Positions 49,641 to 60,324 are shown, numbered from the stretch's first letter. The stretch is DNA of 64,000 nucleotides from Dehalococcoidia bacterium (GCA_963668115.1 OY764147.1:456345-520344), one strand, 5' to 3'. A program made the numbers and translations. Notes: generated from the letters alone by a model not told the origin.

Positions 49641-50735
49641 CTAGTCCGGGAACTGGATAACTGAGCGTAGAACTTCGCCGCGCTCCATTTCCTCGAAGGC
49701 TTCTTCCACGTCGTCGAGCTTAATCAGCTTAGTGACGGCCCTGTCCAGGTCCAACTTGCCCTGGAGGTACCAGTTGGCAAACATGGGGAAGTCCCTCGAT
49801 GGTAGGTTGTCGCCGTACCAGCTGACCCTGAGGGAGCCTCCGAGTCCGAAGAACTGAAGCATGGGGAGCTCCATGACCATGGTCGGATCGGGAACACCGA
49901 TAAGGGTGCACGTTCCGGCGAGGTCTCGGGACCAGAGGGCCTGGAGGAGGGTGGCAGGGGTGCCGACGGCTTCGAAGGAGTGGTCTACGCCGTTGCCGCC
50001 GGTAATTTCCTTGATGGCTTCTACGGGGTCGGTCTTGGTGGCGTCGACGGTGTGGGTGGCGCCGAACTCTTTTGCCCAGGCGAGCTTGTTGTCGGCGATG
50101 TCCACGCCAATGATGGTCTTGGCGTTGGCCAGCTTAGCGCCCATGATGACGCTGCACCCCACGCCGCCACACCCGTAGACTGCGACTGTGCTTCCACGGC
50201 GGACACCGCCGGTATAAAGCGCTGCCCCAATGCCTGTGGTCACACCGCAGCCTAGGAGGCACGCCTGGGCGGGAGGGCACTCTCGGGGGACGGGGACGGC
50301 CTGTTTGGCCGATACAACTGTGTGGGTGCAGAAGCCACCGATGCCAAGGGCGGGAGAAAGCTGCTTGCCGTCGCTCTTAGCGGTCATTCGGGGCTGGGCG
50401 TTGAGGCTTGCGGAGCAAAGGTGGGGCTGGCCGATGGCGCAGAAACGACAGTTGCCGCAGGGAGCTCTCCAGGCGATTACAACGTAGTCGCCGACAGCGG
50501 GGGACTCGACGCCCTCGCCCGCCGCCTCAACGATGCCCGCGACTTCGTGGCCGAGGAGGAAGGGGAATTCGTCGGTGATTTTGCCGAGCTTGTAATGGAG
50601 GTCGGTGTGGCAGACGCCGCTGGCCTGGACTCTTACTAGGACTTCGCCGGGCCCCGGGTCTTCGACGACCATATCCTCGACGCGTGTCGGGGCTCCGGCC
50701 TCCCTGGAAATAACGGCTTGAGCAATAGTAGCCAT
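49641..50735 (-). CDS. Class-III-type Zn alcohol dehydrogenase / S-(hydroxymethyl)thiol (formaldehyde) dehydrogenase-like
   Basis: GVCHTDLH, GHEVAG and CGNCRFC motifs. 364 aa. Confidence 0.8.
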   Translation of the reverse strand: MATIAQAVISREAGAPTRVEDMVVEDPGPGEVLVRVQASGVCHTDLHYKLGKITDEFPFLLGHEVAGIVEAAGEGVESPAVGDYVVIAWRAPCGNCRFCAIGQPHLCSASLNAQPRMTAKSDGKQLSPALGIGGFCTHTVVSAKQAVPVPRECPPAQACLLGCGVTTGIGAALYTGGVRRGSTVAVYGCGGVGCSVIMGAKLANAKTIIGVDIADNKLAWAKEFGATHTVDATKTDPVEAIKEITGGNGVDHSFEAVGTPATLLQALWSRDLAGTCTLIGVPDPTMVMELPMLQFFGLGGSLRVSWYGDNLPSRDFPMFANWYLQGKLDLDRAVTKLIKLDDVEEAFEEMERGEVLRSVIQFPD

Positions 50736-50850
50736 GAACAGCCTCCGTTAGGTGTGATGTTAAGGAGTAATGGTAGCATACGGGTCGGGGCTGGGAGGAG
50801 GCAAAACTACAGAGTTATATGGGTCGGGGCTGTGACCAACGGGCTTCGCC

Positions 50851-50879
50851 TTGACACTCAAATGGGCCATTCATATAAT
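50851..50879 (+). promoter_or_regulatory. Consensus sigma-70 promoter TTGACA-17-TATAAT upstream of rpsU
   Basis: Exact -35 (50851-50856) and -10 (50874-50879) hexamers with a 17-nt spacer. Confidence 0.6.
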
Positions 50880-50932
50880 CGGAAGCCGTTTGTTCAAAGA
50901 CCGAGTATGAAAAACAGGGGGAGGCTGCCAAG

Positions 50933-51118
50933 TTGTCCGAGGTAAGGTTGGGGCGAGACGAGAATTTCGAGAGCCTGCTGAAGCGGTTTAATAAGAAAGT
51001 TCAGCAGAACGGGATATTGTCCGAGGCCAGGCGTCGGGAGTACTACGAGAAGCCGAGCATCAAGCGAAAGAAGAAGGCCGCAGCGGCAGCACGCAAGCGT
51101 CGGAATGCTCGGCGGTAG
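50933..51118 (+). CDS. rpsU: 30S ribosomal protein S21
   Basis: LSEVRLGRDENFESLLKRFNKKVQQNGILSEARRREYYEKPSIKRKKK… TTG start after GGGGGAGG. Confidence 0.85.
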   Translation: MSEVRLGRDENFESLLKRFNKKVQQNGILSEARRREYYEKPSIKRKKKAAAAARKRRNARR

Positions 51119-51144
51119 GAACATAACAGAGGCCGGATTGGCTA

Positions 51145-51600
51145 ATGTCACTACGCGAACAGCTGGATGCAGACCTGCTGGAGGCGGTGCGCAGCAAGGA
51201 TGGACTGAAGCGCTCCGCCTTACGTCTTATTAAGGCCAGTGTGCAGTCGGAGGAGAAATCCCGGGGCAAAGAGCTGGGGGACGACGATGTGGTGCAGGTG
51301 TTGTCCCGGGAGGCGAAGCGGCGCAGGGAGAGCATTACTGCGTTCCGGGACGGCAACAGGCCCGACCTGGTGGAGAAAGAGGAGGCTGAGCTAGCGATCC
51401 TTACAAAGTACCTGCCTCAACAGCTAACTGAAGATGAAGTGAGGGAGATAGCGCGGTTGGTGATTGAGGAAGTTGGTGCGTCGGGGCCCGGGGAGCGGGG
51501 CAAGGTGATGGGGCGGCTCATGCCTCAGGTCAAGGGTAAGGCGGATGGGAAGATGGTGAACCAGATAGTGGGGGAGTTGCTGGCTGGTAAGTCGGGTTGA
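51145..51600 (+). CDS. GatB/YqeY-domain protein
   Basis: 151 aa. Conserved rpsU-yqeY synteny. Confidence 0.8.
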   Translation: MSLREQLDADLLEAVRSKDGLKRSALRLIKASVQSEEKSRGKELGDDDVVQVLSREAKRRRESITAFRDGNRPDLVEKEEAELAILTKYLPQQLTEDEVREIARLVIEEVGASGPGERGKVMGRLMPQVKGKADGKMVNQIVGELLAGKSG

Positions 51601-51620
51601 GAAATATGAATTCGGGTGAA

Positions 51621-51671
51621 GGGGCCCGGGCCTGGGTTATGACTGACTCGGGGCCCGGGTCTTGTTTTTTG
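51621..51671 (+). terminator. Rho-independent terminator (GGGGCCCGGG stem plus T-tract)
   Basis: Palindromic GCCCGGGC arms followed by CTTGTTTTTTG. Confidence 0.55.
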
Positions 51672-51700
51672 TTGGAAGGGCAGCTTCAAAAGGAACGTCG

Positions 51701-52396
51701 ATGAAATTCGGAGTAGTTGTATTTCCAGGGACGTGGAGCGACGTGGACTGCTATCACGTTCTGGAGGAGGTCATGGGGCAGGAGGTGAGCTACGTCTGGC
51801 ACAAGGAAACGGACCTTTCTTCCTACGATTGCGTCGTCCTGCCGGGCGGGTTTTCGTACGGGGACTACTTGAGGTGTGGGGCCATTGCGCGGTTCTCGCC
51901 AGTGATGGAGGCGGTGGTGGACTTTGCGGGGCGGGGAGGGGCGGTGATAGGGATATGCAACGGTTTCCAGGTGCTGTGCGAGTCGGGGCTGCTGCCGGGG
52001 GCCTTGTTGAGGAACGAGAGCCTGGAGTTCCGGTGCCAGTGGGTGAACCTGCGGGTCGACAATACGGACACGACGTTTACAAGGAATTGCGGGTCGGGGC
52101 AGGTGATCCGGGTGCCGATATCTCATGGTGAGGGGCGGTACTACGCGGACGATTCGACGCTCCGGACCTTGGAGGAAGAGGGTCGGGTGCTTTTCCGGTA
52201 TTGCACTGATGATGGTGAGGTGACGCCGGATTCGAATCCCAACGGTTCCCTGAATGGGATAGCGGGCATAGCGAACCGGGAGGGAAATGTACTGGGGATG
52301 ATGCCGCACCCGGAGAGATGCTGCGAGCCTTTGCTCGGGGGGACGGACGGTTTGTATGTGTTCGAGTCGATTGTCGACTCATTCACCAAAACGTGA
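51701..52396 (+). CDS. purQ: Phosphoribosylformylglycinamidine synthase I (glutaminase subunit)
   Basis: [11 protein letters not shown]…, catalytic Cys (GICNGFQ) and HPE triad. The tracked ORF has a 13-aa upstream extension. Confidence 0.9.
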   Translation: MKFGVVVFPGTWSDVDCYHVLEEVMGQEVSYVWHKETDLSSYDCVVLPGGFSYGDYLRCGAIARFSPVMEAVVDFAGRGGAVIGICNGFQVLCESGLLPGALLRNESLEFRCQWVNLRVDNTDTTFTRNCGSGQVIRVPISHGEGRYYADDSTLRTLEEEGRVLFRYCTDDGEVTPDSNPNGSLNGIAGIANREGNVLGMMPHPERCCEPLLGGTDGLYVFESIVDSFTKT

Positions 52397-52447
52397 TTGC
52401 TTTTCCGCGCTAAACTCTCTGCATGAATCCCGAAGAAAACCTTCCCA

Positions 52448-53303
52448 ATGCATCCGGCTGACGCGCCATTGAGGGAAGGTGACCCTCCAGGCTTCTGCCG
52501 GGTTTGTGGTCTTCAATTGTTCCCTAGTTGGCGTTTTTGCACGCGCTGCGGATCGTTGGTACATCCAGGGGTGGCTCATTCTCAAGAGGGAGGGGTAGAC
52601 GAAGCGGCTCTGGTTTGGCGGGATGGGGTGGGGTGGGGGGTGCGGGATGTGGCGCTGGGGACGGGTTTCTATGTAATCCAGGCGATATCGATACTGGCGA
52701 TTGTCCTAGTCGTGGCCCGGGTGGTGGATGTTGAGTACACGGGTGTTCCGCTACTTGTGGGTATGTTGCTGGTCCAGCTTGCTCTCCCGTTGACTGTGTG
52801 GATTTTCGTTGTGCTGAGGCGCAAGGTCCGTTGGAGCGCTCTAGGGTTGTGGAGATGGCCGGCGTGGAGGGATGTGGGGTGGGGGGATTGTGGTGCTGAT
52901 AGCGGAAATAGCAGTGCAGGTGGCCTACTACGTAGTTCTGGAGAGGGCGGGTGTAGACACGGAAGACCTATCGCCGACGCCTTTCGTTGAGGCGGGCAGC
53001 GAATACCTGATAGGGCTGGCTATTCTGGCGGTTGTGGTGGCACCCATTGCAGAGGAGCTGTTCTTCAGGGCGTTTGTGTTTCGGGGGCTGGCGGGGAGGT
53101 GGGGATTCTGGTGGGCGGGGGGTGTCAGTTCCCTGCTTTTCATGGCGGCGCACCTGGAACCGCTCAGTTTCCCGCCGCTCTTCGTATTGGGGTTGCTGCT
53201 GGCCTGGCTTTATCATAGAACCCGAGCATTGTGGGCACCGATGCTGGTGCACTTTGGGAACAATGCGATAGCGGTTGGTGTGCTACTTGCCGATGTCTAC
53301 TAA
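52448..53303 (+). pseudogene. CPBP-family (CAAX/Abi) intramembrane protease with N-terminal zinc ribbon, frameshifted at a poly-G run
   Basis: N-terminal part in frame 1 (CRVCG…CTRCG, TM helices). C-terminal part (EELFFRAF…FMAAHLE…HFGNN) in the +1 frame from 52872. The junction is at GGGGGG 52881-52886. Confidence 0.6.
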
Positions 53304-53345
53304 CGAAACTACAAGACAAGAACGACGTTTTATCCAAGGAGCGAC

Positions 53346-55547
53346 ATGCCAATAAACAGGGAAGCCTTGGACCAATTGGCTGTCTCCGATGAGGAGTACT
53401 CTCTGGCCGTGGACAAGCTCGGGCGGGAGCCGAACCTGGTGGAGCTGGGGATAATCGGGTCCCTGTGGAGCGAACATTGCAGCTATAAGCACTCCAAGCC
53501 GTTGTTGAGGATGTTCCCATCGGATGGTGAGCGGGTACTGGTGGAGCCCGGTGCAGAAAATGCCGGGGCTGTGGACATTGGGGATGGGTTGGCGGCGGTA
53601 ATGAAAATCGAGTCGCACAACCACCCGTCGGCGATTGAGCCGTACCAGGGGGCGGCGACAGGGGTGGGGGGGATAGTGCGGGATATTTTCACGATGGGTG
53701 CGAGACCCATTGCCTTGCTAAACTCGCTGAGGTTCGGGCCGCCGGACACGGCGCGTAACCGCTACCTGTTCAACGGGGTAGTGGGGGGCATAAGCGGATA
53801 TGGGAACTGCCTCGGGATACCGAACGTCGGGGGGGAGGTTGTGTTTTCGCCGACGTATTCGGGGAACCCGCTAGTGAATGCGATGTGCGTCGGGCTGGTG
53901 AAGATTGATGGACTGCTAAAGGCGCGGGCGGAGGGGACTGGCAACCTGATCTTGCTGGTGGGCGCCGACACGGGTAGAGATGGTATTCACGGGGCCTCGG
54001 GGCTGGCTTCCCGGACGTTCGAGGAGGAGAGAGAGTTGAGGCCGACGGTGCAGGTCGGGAACCCATTCCTGGAGAAGGTGCTTATCGAGGCCTGCCTCGA
54101 ATTATCGGATTCTGGTTTGCTGGTGGGGCTGGCCGACTTGGGGGCGGCGGGCCTGACGAGTGCGGTCGTGGAAAGTGCGGGTCGGGCGGGGAGCGGGGTG
54201 GATATAGACGTAGGTCGGGTGCCGCGTCGGGAGGAGGGGATGACGCCTTACGAGGTCATGCTCTCCGAGTCCCAGGAACGGATGTTGCTAATCGTTGCGC
54301 CTGAGAATAAGCCGTCAGTCGATGAGATAACCAAGAAATGGGACTTGCACTCGGATGTGATTGGTCGGGTGACGGATGACGGCCGGGTGAGAATTCGAGA
54401 CGACGAGGAACTGGTGGCCGATCTGCCTGTGAGTGTGCTGACAGATGCACCACAGTACAGAATTGACGGGAAGAAGCCTGAGGCTCTTTCGGAATTGCAG
54501 GACTTTGACTTCGATACGCTGCCGTTGCCTGAGGAGGGGGCGGAGTCGGTGCTGTTAAGACTCCTGGCTTCGCCGAATGTGGCGAGCAAGGAGTCGGTGT
54601 TCAGGCAATATGATCACCAAGTGATGACGAACACCGTGATACCGCCGGGGAACGACGCAGCGCTGATAAGGGTGAAGGGGACCAAGAAGGCAATATCACT
54701 CTCGACGGATGGGAATGGCCGGTTCTGCTACCTGAACCCGTTTGCGGGGGGTGCGATTGCGGTGGCGGAGGCATCCCGGAATGCTGCGTGTGTCGGGGCA
54801 CGAGGGATAGCGGTGACCGACTGCCTGAACTTCGGCAACCCTGAGAAGCCGGAGGTGTACTACCAGTTAGAGGAGTGCATACGGGGGATGACGGAGGCCT
54901 GCAAGGCCTTTGGCATGCCGGTGATAAGCGGGAACGTCAGCCTGTACAACGAAACGATGGATGAACCCGTATACCCGACTCCCGTGGCGGGGGTGTTGGG
55001 CCTCCTGGAGGACGTATCCCAAGCTTGCGGTATGGGGTTCAGGAATGAAGGTGACGTGGTGCTGCTCCTGGGGCCCGCGCCCAGTGCTACGGGGCTGGGC
55101 GGGAGTGAATACTTGGAAGCAGTCCACGAGAAAGTGGCGGGGAAGCCCTCGATAGACCTGGACATGGAAAAACGGGTGCAGGAGTTGTGCGTAACGCTAA
55201 TAGAGGGAGGGATGCTGAATTCGGCGCACGACTGCTCGATGGGGGGGCTTACCGTTGCGCTAGCGCTTTGTGCGATCAAGGGAGAAATCGGGGTAGAGTG
55301 CGAGATTGGAGCGGAGGGGCGGTGGGATGCGGTGCTGTTTGGGGAGGTGCAGTCGCGGATCGTGGTCTCGGTTAGGCCTGGAAATGTTGAGAGGGTCAAA
55401 GAGTTGGCCGAGGAGGCTCGGGTGCCGGTGACAGGGCTGGGGGTGGTGGGGGGAGAACGGTTCAGGGTCGGACTCGACATCGATCTGTCCTTGAATCAAA
55501 TCACAGAGAGATGGAGAAACGGGCTGGCTGACGCCATGAAACAGTGA
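53346..55547 (+). CDS. purL: Phosphoribosylformylglycinamidine synthase II
   Basis: 733 aa with a conserved PurL core. Confidence 0.95.
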   Translation: MPINREALDQLAVSDEEYSLAVDKLGREPNLVELGIIGSLWSEHCSYKHSKPLLRMFPSDGERVLVEPGAENAGAVDIGDGLAAVMKIESHNHPSAIEPYQGAATGVGGIVRDIFTMGARPIALLNSLRFGPPDTARNRYLFNGVVGGISGYGNCLGIPNVGGEVVFSPTYSGNPLVNAMCVGLVKIDGLLKARAEGTGNLILLVGADTGRDGIHGASGLASRTFEEERELRPTVQVGNPFLEKVLIEACLELSDSGLLVGLADLGAAGLTSAVVESAGRAGSGVDIDVGRVPRREEGMTPYEVMLSESQERMLLIVAPENKPSVDEITKKWDLHSDVIGRVTDDGRVRIRDDEELVADLPVSVLTDAPQYRIDGKKPEALSELQDFDFDTLPLPEEGAESVLLRLLASPNVASKESVFRQYDHQVMTNTVIPPGNDAALIRVKGTKKAISLSTDGNGRFCYLNPFAGGAIAVAEASRNAACVGARGIAVTDCLNFGNPEKPEVYYQLEECIRGMTEACKAFGMPVISGNVSLYNETMDEPVYPTPVAGVLGLLEDVSQACGMGFRNEGDVVLLLGPAPSATGLGGSEYLEAVHEKVAGKPSIDLDMEKRVQELCVTLIEGGMLNSAHDCSMGGLTVALALCAIKGEIGVECEIGAEGRWDAVLFGEVQSRIVVSVRPGNVERVKELAEEARVPVTGLGVVGGERFRVGLDIDLSLNQITERWRNGLADAMKQ

Positions 55548-55655
55548 TGTTTTCATCGGGCGCCGTCCTTGTCCCATTCCTCCAGCGTTATATAATTGCC
55601 CTTGGGGTGGAAGCCCTACAGACATCGCCAAAATTGAACGTCTACAGAAAGGTTC

Positions 55656-56855
55656 GTGGCCGAAGTGAGAGTGATATTCCTTGAAGAAGTTGAGAATGTC
55701 GCCAAGGCCGGCGACGTAAGAGAAGTCAAGAACGGATACGCCCGAAACTACCTTTTCCCGAAGCAGCTGGCAGTGTTAGCCACGCAGGACCAGATGCGTC
55801 GGGTGGAGGCGTTGAAGCGAGCTGAGGCACTGAGACAGAACAATGCCGAGGCCCGCGCCGCGCTGCTGGGGCCCAAGCTAGAAGGGCTGTCTGTTTCCCT
55901 GGAGGCTCGGAGCGGTCCGACGGGACGGCTTTATGGGTCCATCAATGCGTCGGCGGTGGCGAAGGCGATTTCGGAGGCGGTGAGTGAGGATGTCGGGGCT
56001 CGGGATGTGCTGCTGGAAGAGCCTATCAAGGCTGTCGGGAGTTACGAGGTGACTATGGGGCTTGGTGCGGAGGTTGAGCCGGTGATCAGGGTGGAGGTTG
56101 TCGAGGCTGAGCCGGCCAAGCCGACGACCAAGCGCAAGGCGAGGGGGTCGAAGGTGCGGGAGGTAGTAGCAGAGGCGGAAGCGGTAGTTGAAGAGGCCGC
56201 CGTAACTGAGGCGGTTGAAGAAACCGCTGTCGTCGATGAAGTGGAAGAGGCTCCTGCTTCGGAGGTGGTCGAAGAGGCAGTTGCTGCCGAATCAACAGAA
56301 GCATCCGCTGAGGTAGAGGAGGCTCCCATCGCCGAAGATGAAGCAACGGCCGAGTCTGGGGTTGTTGAAGAGGTCCCTGTTGTTGAGGTAGAAGAAGAGA
56401 CCGTTATTGCGGAAGCGGAAGGAGCGGTTGCCGAAGCGGAGGAGGTGGACGACACAACTGCCGAAGAGGAAGCACCGGAGGCAGTGGCCGTTGCGGAGAC
56501 TCCGGAAGAGGCCCCTGTTGCCGAAGAAGAGTCCGTGGCCGAAGCTGAGGTAGTAGAAGACGCATCTCCTGCTGAAGAAGCAGTTGAGGAAACCGTTGCT
56601 GAAGTAGCGGAGGAGGCCCCGACTGCCGAGGTAGTAGAAGAAGCCGCGGTCAGTGATGAGGTGGAAGAGGAGACCGAAGCAGCGGAGGAAGAGGCCCCTA
56701 TAGAGGAGACTGCCGAGGCGGAGGCAGTGGTGGATGAGGAAACGGGTGAGGAGGAGGCTGCTTCGGCTGAGGGGAAGGCGCAGTCGGCGAGGGAGTCGGC
56801 GGCGGCTGCGGCGGTGCGGCGGGCGAAACGCAGACAGCAACAGGCCGAGCAGTAG
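55656..56855 (+). CDS. rplI: 50S ribosomal protein L9 with a ~250-aa acidic low-complexity C-terminal extension
   Basis: The first ~150 aa are canonical L9 (MAEVRVIFLEEVENVAKAGDVREVKNGYARNYLFP…), followed by an E/A/V-rich repeat region and a basic tail RRAKRRQQQAEQ. GTG start. Confidence 0.8.
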   Translation: MAEVRVIFLEEVENVAKAGDVREVKNGYARNYLFPKQLAVLATQDQMRRVEALKRAEALRQNNAEARAALLGPKLEGLSVSLEARSGPTGRLYGSINASAVAKAISEAVSEDVGARDVLLEEPIKAVGSYEVTMGLGAEVEPVIRVEVVEAEPAKPTTKRKARGSKVREVVAEAEAVVEEAAVTEAVEETAVVDEVEEAPASEVVEEAVAAESTEASAEVEEAPIAEDEATAESGVVEEVPVVEVEEETVIAEAEGAVAEAEEVDDTTAEEEAPEAVAVAETPEEAPVAEEESVAEAEVVEDASPAEEAVEETVAEVAEEAPTAEVVEEAAVSDEVEEETEAAEEEAPIEETAEAEAVVDEETGEEEAASAEGKAQSARESAAAAAVRRAKRRQQQAEQ

Positions 56856-56905
56856 TTAAACGCCAAGTAGTCGGGGGAGGCGTCCGGTTGGGTGTCGGGG
56901 GATGA

Positions 56906-58279
56906 ATGTACGCGGAAAAGCTGCCGCCACATGATATAGATGCAGAGGACTCGGTATTGGGGTCGCTACTCATCAACGGAGAAGCGATAACCGAAGTCGC
57001 GCCGGACCTTGACGCCGACGATTTCTACCGGGAGTCGAACCGGTGGTGCTACGAGGCCTGCGTAGACCTCTACAACAGGGGTGTGCCGATAGACCAGGTC
57101 TCTGTTGAGAATGAGCTAAACCGAAGGGAGCGCCTGGCCAATATGGGCGGAGGTGCTTACCTGAGCCACCTCGTCACGGTGGTGCCTACGTCAGTGCACA
57201 TAAAGGCGTATGCAGGCATTGTGCGAAGGTTGGCGACGATGCGGCGCATCATTGAGTCGGCAGGGCAGATATCGAAGATCGGGTATGATGCGGGCCCCGA
57301 CGAGGACGCTGCGCTTAGCCGGGCCGAAGACATCCTGTTCAAACTGAGGAGCGGGCAGAGGTCCCGGGACTTCGTACATATACAGGAGATCCTAGACGAA
57401 TACCTGGAAGAGGGTGGTACGTTCAGTAGAGATGAAGGAGAAGGGCCCCTTTCGGTTGCATTAACGGGGTTTCACAATCTGGACACTCTGCTGGGGGGAC
57501 TGCACCGGTCAGACCTGATCATATTGGCGGCAAGGCCGAGCTTGGGGAAGAGCAGCTTGGCGTTAAACATTACACGGACTGCGGCTTTGGACCAGGGGGC
57601 ACGGGTGGCAGTGTTCAGTCTAGAGATGAACAGAGAGCAAGTGGTGCAGCGCTTGCTTTCCAGCGAGTCGGGAGTGGATACAAGGAATTTTAGACTTGAT
57701 GAATCAGGACTTCAGAAGTTCACGGAGGAAGAATCTGCTAGAGTCGTAGACGCAACCGGTAAGTTGGGTGGTGCGCAAATCTATATAGATGACTCTCCTA
57801 ACCTTAATATAGTCGAGCTTCGGAGCAAGGCAAGAAGGCTTCACCTGGAACAGCCCGTCGACCTGATAATCGTGGACTACATGGGGCTGATGCTTCAACG
57901 GGGAGATAACAATGTCGCGGAGATGAGCGAGATATCGAGGTCACTGAAGCTGTTGGCCAGAGACTTAAATGTTCCTCTTCTGGCGTTGTCGCAGCTGAGT
58001 CGTGCGCCGGAGCTCAGGCAAGACCACAAGCCGATGCTCTCGGACTTGAGGGAAAGCGGTAGCATCGAGCAGGATGCGGACGTGGTGATGTTCATCTACA
58101 AGGCAGACCGTTACTACACGGAGCAGCAATGGGGGAAGCTGTACCCCGACGAGATGTACCCCAAGGGAATAGCGGACATCATCGTCGGGAAGCACCGGAA
58201 CGGGCCTACGGGGACGATACAGTTGCGGTTCGTTGACCATTTGGCGAAGTTCGAGCCGCTGCCGGTGGGCGTGGCTTAG
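56906..58279 (+). CDS. dnaB: Replicative DNA helicase
   Basis: 457 aa with Walker A GKSS and conserved rplI-dnaB synteny. Confidence 0.95.
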   Translation: MYAEKLPPHDIDAEDSVLGSLLINGEAITEVAPDLDADDFYRESNRWCYEACVDLYNRGVPIDQVSVENELNRRERLANMGGGAYLSHLVTVVPTSVHIKAYAGIVRRLATMRRIIESAGQISKIGYDAGPDEDAALSRAEDILFKLRSGQRSRDFVHIQEILDEYLEEGGTFSRDEGEGPLSVALTGFHNLDTLLGGLHRSDLIILAARPSLGKSSLALNITRTAALDQGARVAVFSLEMNREQVVQRLLSSESGVDTRNFRLDESGLQKFTEEESARVVDATGKLGGAQIYIDDSPNLNIVELRSKARRLHLEQPVDLIIVDYMGLMLQRGDNNVAEMSEISRSLKLLARDLNVPLLALSQLSRAPELRQDHKPMLSDLRESGSIEQDADVVMFIYKADRYYTEQQWGKLYPDEMYPKGIADIIVGKHRNGPTGTIQLRFVDHLAKFEPLPVGVA

Positions 58280-58286
58280 GGGCCGG

Positions 58287-59009
58287 ATGTCGGGGTTTGA
58301 GGGTTTCAGGGCGAACTCTCAGAAGACGGCTATTCCCAACGTCTTCTTCACCCAACTGATGCCGCAAATCAAGGACGCGGCGGAGCTTCGGATTGTGCTT
58401 CACGTGTTCTGGGCGGTGCAGCAGAAGAAGGGGTCGCCGCGGTTCGTGACATTCAGGGAACTGCTGGGTGACAAAACCCTGGCCCCGAGCCTGGGCCAGG
58501 ACTTGCCGGAGCGGGTGGAGGCGCTAGAGTCGGGGCTGCGGGGGGCGGTGGAGAGGGGGGTGTTGATTACGACGGAGATGGAGGCCAAAGGGCTTAGAAA
58601 TAGGCTTTACATGCTGAATACGGAGGCAGAGCGTAGGGCTTTGGAGCGGATTGAGGGTCAAGGGGTTGGGATGAGTGGGGTGGCGGTATCCGTCCTTGGG
58701 GCTGAATCAGAGGAACGGCCCGACGCATTTGCGGTGTATGAGAACAACATTGAGCCCTTAAACCCCACTATTGTGGAATGGCTCAAGGAAGCAGTGTCGG
58801 TGTATTCGGAGGAGTGGGTAGTGGAAGCGATAGAAGAGGCGGTGAGAAATTCAGTTCGAAAATGGACGTACATAGAGGCAATCCTCAAGAATAGAAGGCT
58901 GGAAGGCAAGACAGGTGGAATGGCTCGGCGACATTCTGAAACAGGACAGAATACAGACAGGTACTTCAAGGGGAAATACGGGCATCTCGTCCAGCGAAGG
59001 TTTGACTGA
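58287..59009 (+). CDS. DnaD-domain replication initiation/restart protein
   Basis: C-terminal DDBH2-like motif (…VRKWTYIEAILKNRRLEG). Start ATG 58287; the tracked ORF starts inside dnaB. Confidence 0.55.
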   Translation: MSGFEGFRANSQKTAIPNVFFTQLMPQIKDAAELRIVLHVFWAVQQKKGSPRFVTFRELLGDKTLAPSLGQDLPERVEALESGLRGAVERGVLITTEMEAKGLRNRLYMLNTEAERRALERIEGQGVGMSGVAVSVLGAESEERPDAFAVYENNIEPLNPTIVEWLKEAVSVYSEEWVVEAIEEAVRNSVRKWTYIEAILKNRRLEGKTGGMARRHSETGQNTDRYFKGKYGHLVQRRFD

Positions 59010-60324
59010 AGAGACTGCCGGCCATCCCGAGTGCGAGATTTGCGAGGGTGTCGGGTGGGTGATGCCCGACGTGCCGTTCGGCCACCCCGAATTTGGGAAA
59101 GCGACGCCCTGTAGTTGCATGAAGGTGGAATGGGAAGAGCGGATTCCGGAACGGCTGGAGCAGTACAGCAACCTGGGCCCACTGTCTCGCCTTACCTTTG
59201 ACAACGTGATACCGCAGGGTCGGAGCCCGGATGAGGACAACCGAAGGCTTTTTCAGGCCGCGTATGATGCAGCGAAACGGTATGCGTCCGAGCCTCGGGG
59301 GTGGCTGGTTCTTACGGGGAACAGCGGAAGCGGCAAAACTCACCTTGCGGCGGCGGTGGCCAATCACTGCATCGGACTAAGAGTCAGAACATTTTTCATG
59401 GTCGTGCCGGACCTGCTGGACCATCTGAGGGGGACCTTCGGGCCGAATAGTGAGGTCACGTACGATGAGCTGTTCGAGCAGGTGCGCAATGTTCCGCTGC
59501 TAATACTTGATGACCTAGGGTCTCAAACCAGTAGTCCGTGGGCTAGGGAGAAGCTCTTTCAGCTTCTCAATCACCGGTTCAACACTCAACTTCCGACGGT
59601 GATTACGACGAACGTCCCCTTGGAACGGCTGGACGAAAGTCTGCAAAGCCGCCTGACAGACCCGGTGCTTTCGACCGTGATCGAGGTTGAGAGAAGGTCG
59701 TCAGTGCTGAGTTCTATGGACAGCCTGAAGCTCGCACTTCCCGCGAATATGACGTTCGAGTCGTTCAAGCCAGGGGGGAGGGGACTGAAGGGGGAGGTGA
59801 AGCTGAACCTGGAAGGGGCATACAGAGCCGCGATTAACTTTGCGGAGTCGCTGGACGGGTGGATGGTGCTGATGGGGCCGCCGGGTCGAGGGAAGACGCA
59901 TTTAGCGGCGTCGATTGCTCACTGTCACAGGAGTCGGGGGAGGGATGGGCTGTTCATTGTTGTGCCGGACCTGCTGGATTACCTGAGAGCAACATACGCA
60001 TTGGACGCTAGAATCACTTACGACGAGCTATTCAACAAGGTCAGGACGGTGTCGCTGTTGGTGCTGGATGATTATGGAGAGCAGGCGGCAACCCCCTGGG
60101 CCAAGGAAAAGCTGTACCAGATTATCAACTACCGCTACAACAGCAGGCTCCCGACCGTGATTACCACGGCTCTTCCCCTGGATGAGATGGACGAGAGGAT
60201 AAGCTCAAGGCTGGCGGACCCGGGGCTGACGATGTTCTATGCGATCACGGCGCCGGACTACCGGAGTGGGGACGTGAGGGTTGGATGGCCGCGGCGGGGG
60301 GAGGGGATGAGGGGGCGTCGGTAG
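59002..60324 (+). CDS. DnaI/DnaC-like helicase-loader with N-terminal zinc ribbon and two tandem AAA+ (IstB-like) modules
   Basis: CEICEGVGWV…CSC zinc ribbon. Module 1 GNSGSGKTHLAAAVANH…LLILDDLGSQ. Module 2 GPPGRGKTHLAASIAH…LLVLDDYGEQ. The two modules are about 45% identical. Start may be TTG 59002 (8-nt overlap) or further upstream in frame (58915). Confidence 0.65.
   Translation: MTEETAGHPECEICEGVGWVMPDVPFGHPEFGKATPCSCMKVEWEERIPERLEQYSNLGPLSRLTFDNVIPQGRSPDEDNRRLFQAAYDAAKRYASEPRGWLVLTGNSGSGKTHLAAAVANHCIGLRVRTFFMVVPDLLDHLRGTFGPNSEVTYDELFEQVRNVPLLILDDLGSQTSSPWAREKLFQLLNHRFNTQLPTVITTNVPLERLDESLQSRLTDPVLSTVIEVERRSSVLSSMDSLKLALPANMTFESFKPGGRGLKGEVKLNLEGAYRAAINFAESLDGWMVLMGPPGRGKTHLAASIAHCHRSRGRDGLFIVVPDLLDYLRATYALDARITYDELFNKVRTVSLLVLDDYGEQAATPWAKEKLYQIINYRYNSRLPTVITTALPLDEMDERISSRLADPGLTMFYAITAPDYRSGDVRVGWPRRGEGMRGRR

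Noticed and set aside
56042-56932. 296-aa minus-strand Ser/Ala/Thr-rich ORF and other ORFs over 56086-56976
   Set aside because: Antisense or frame-shifted translations of the repetitive acidic tail of rplI.
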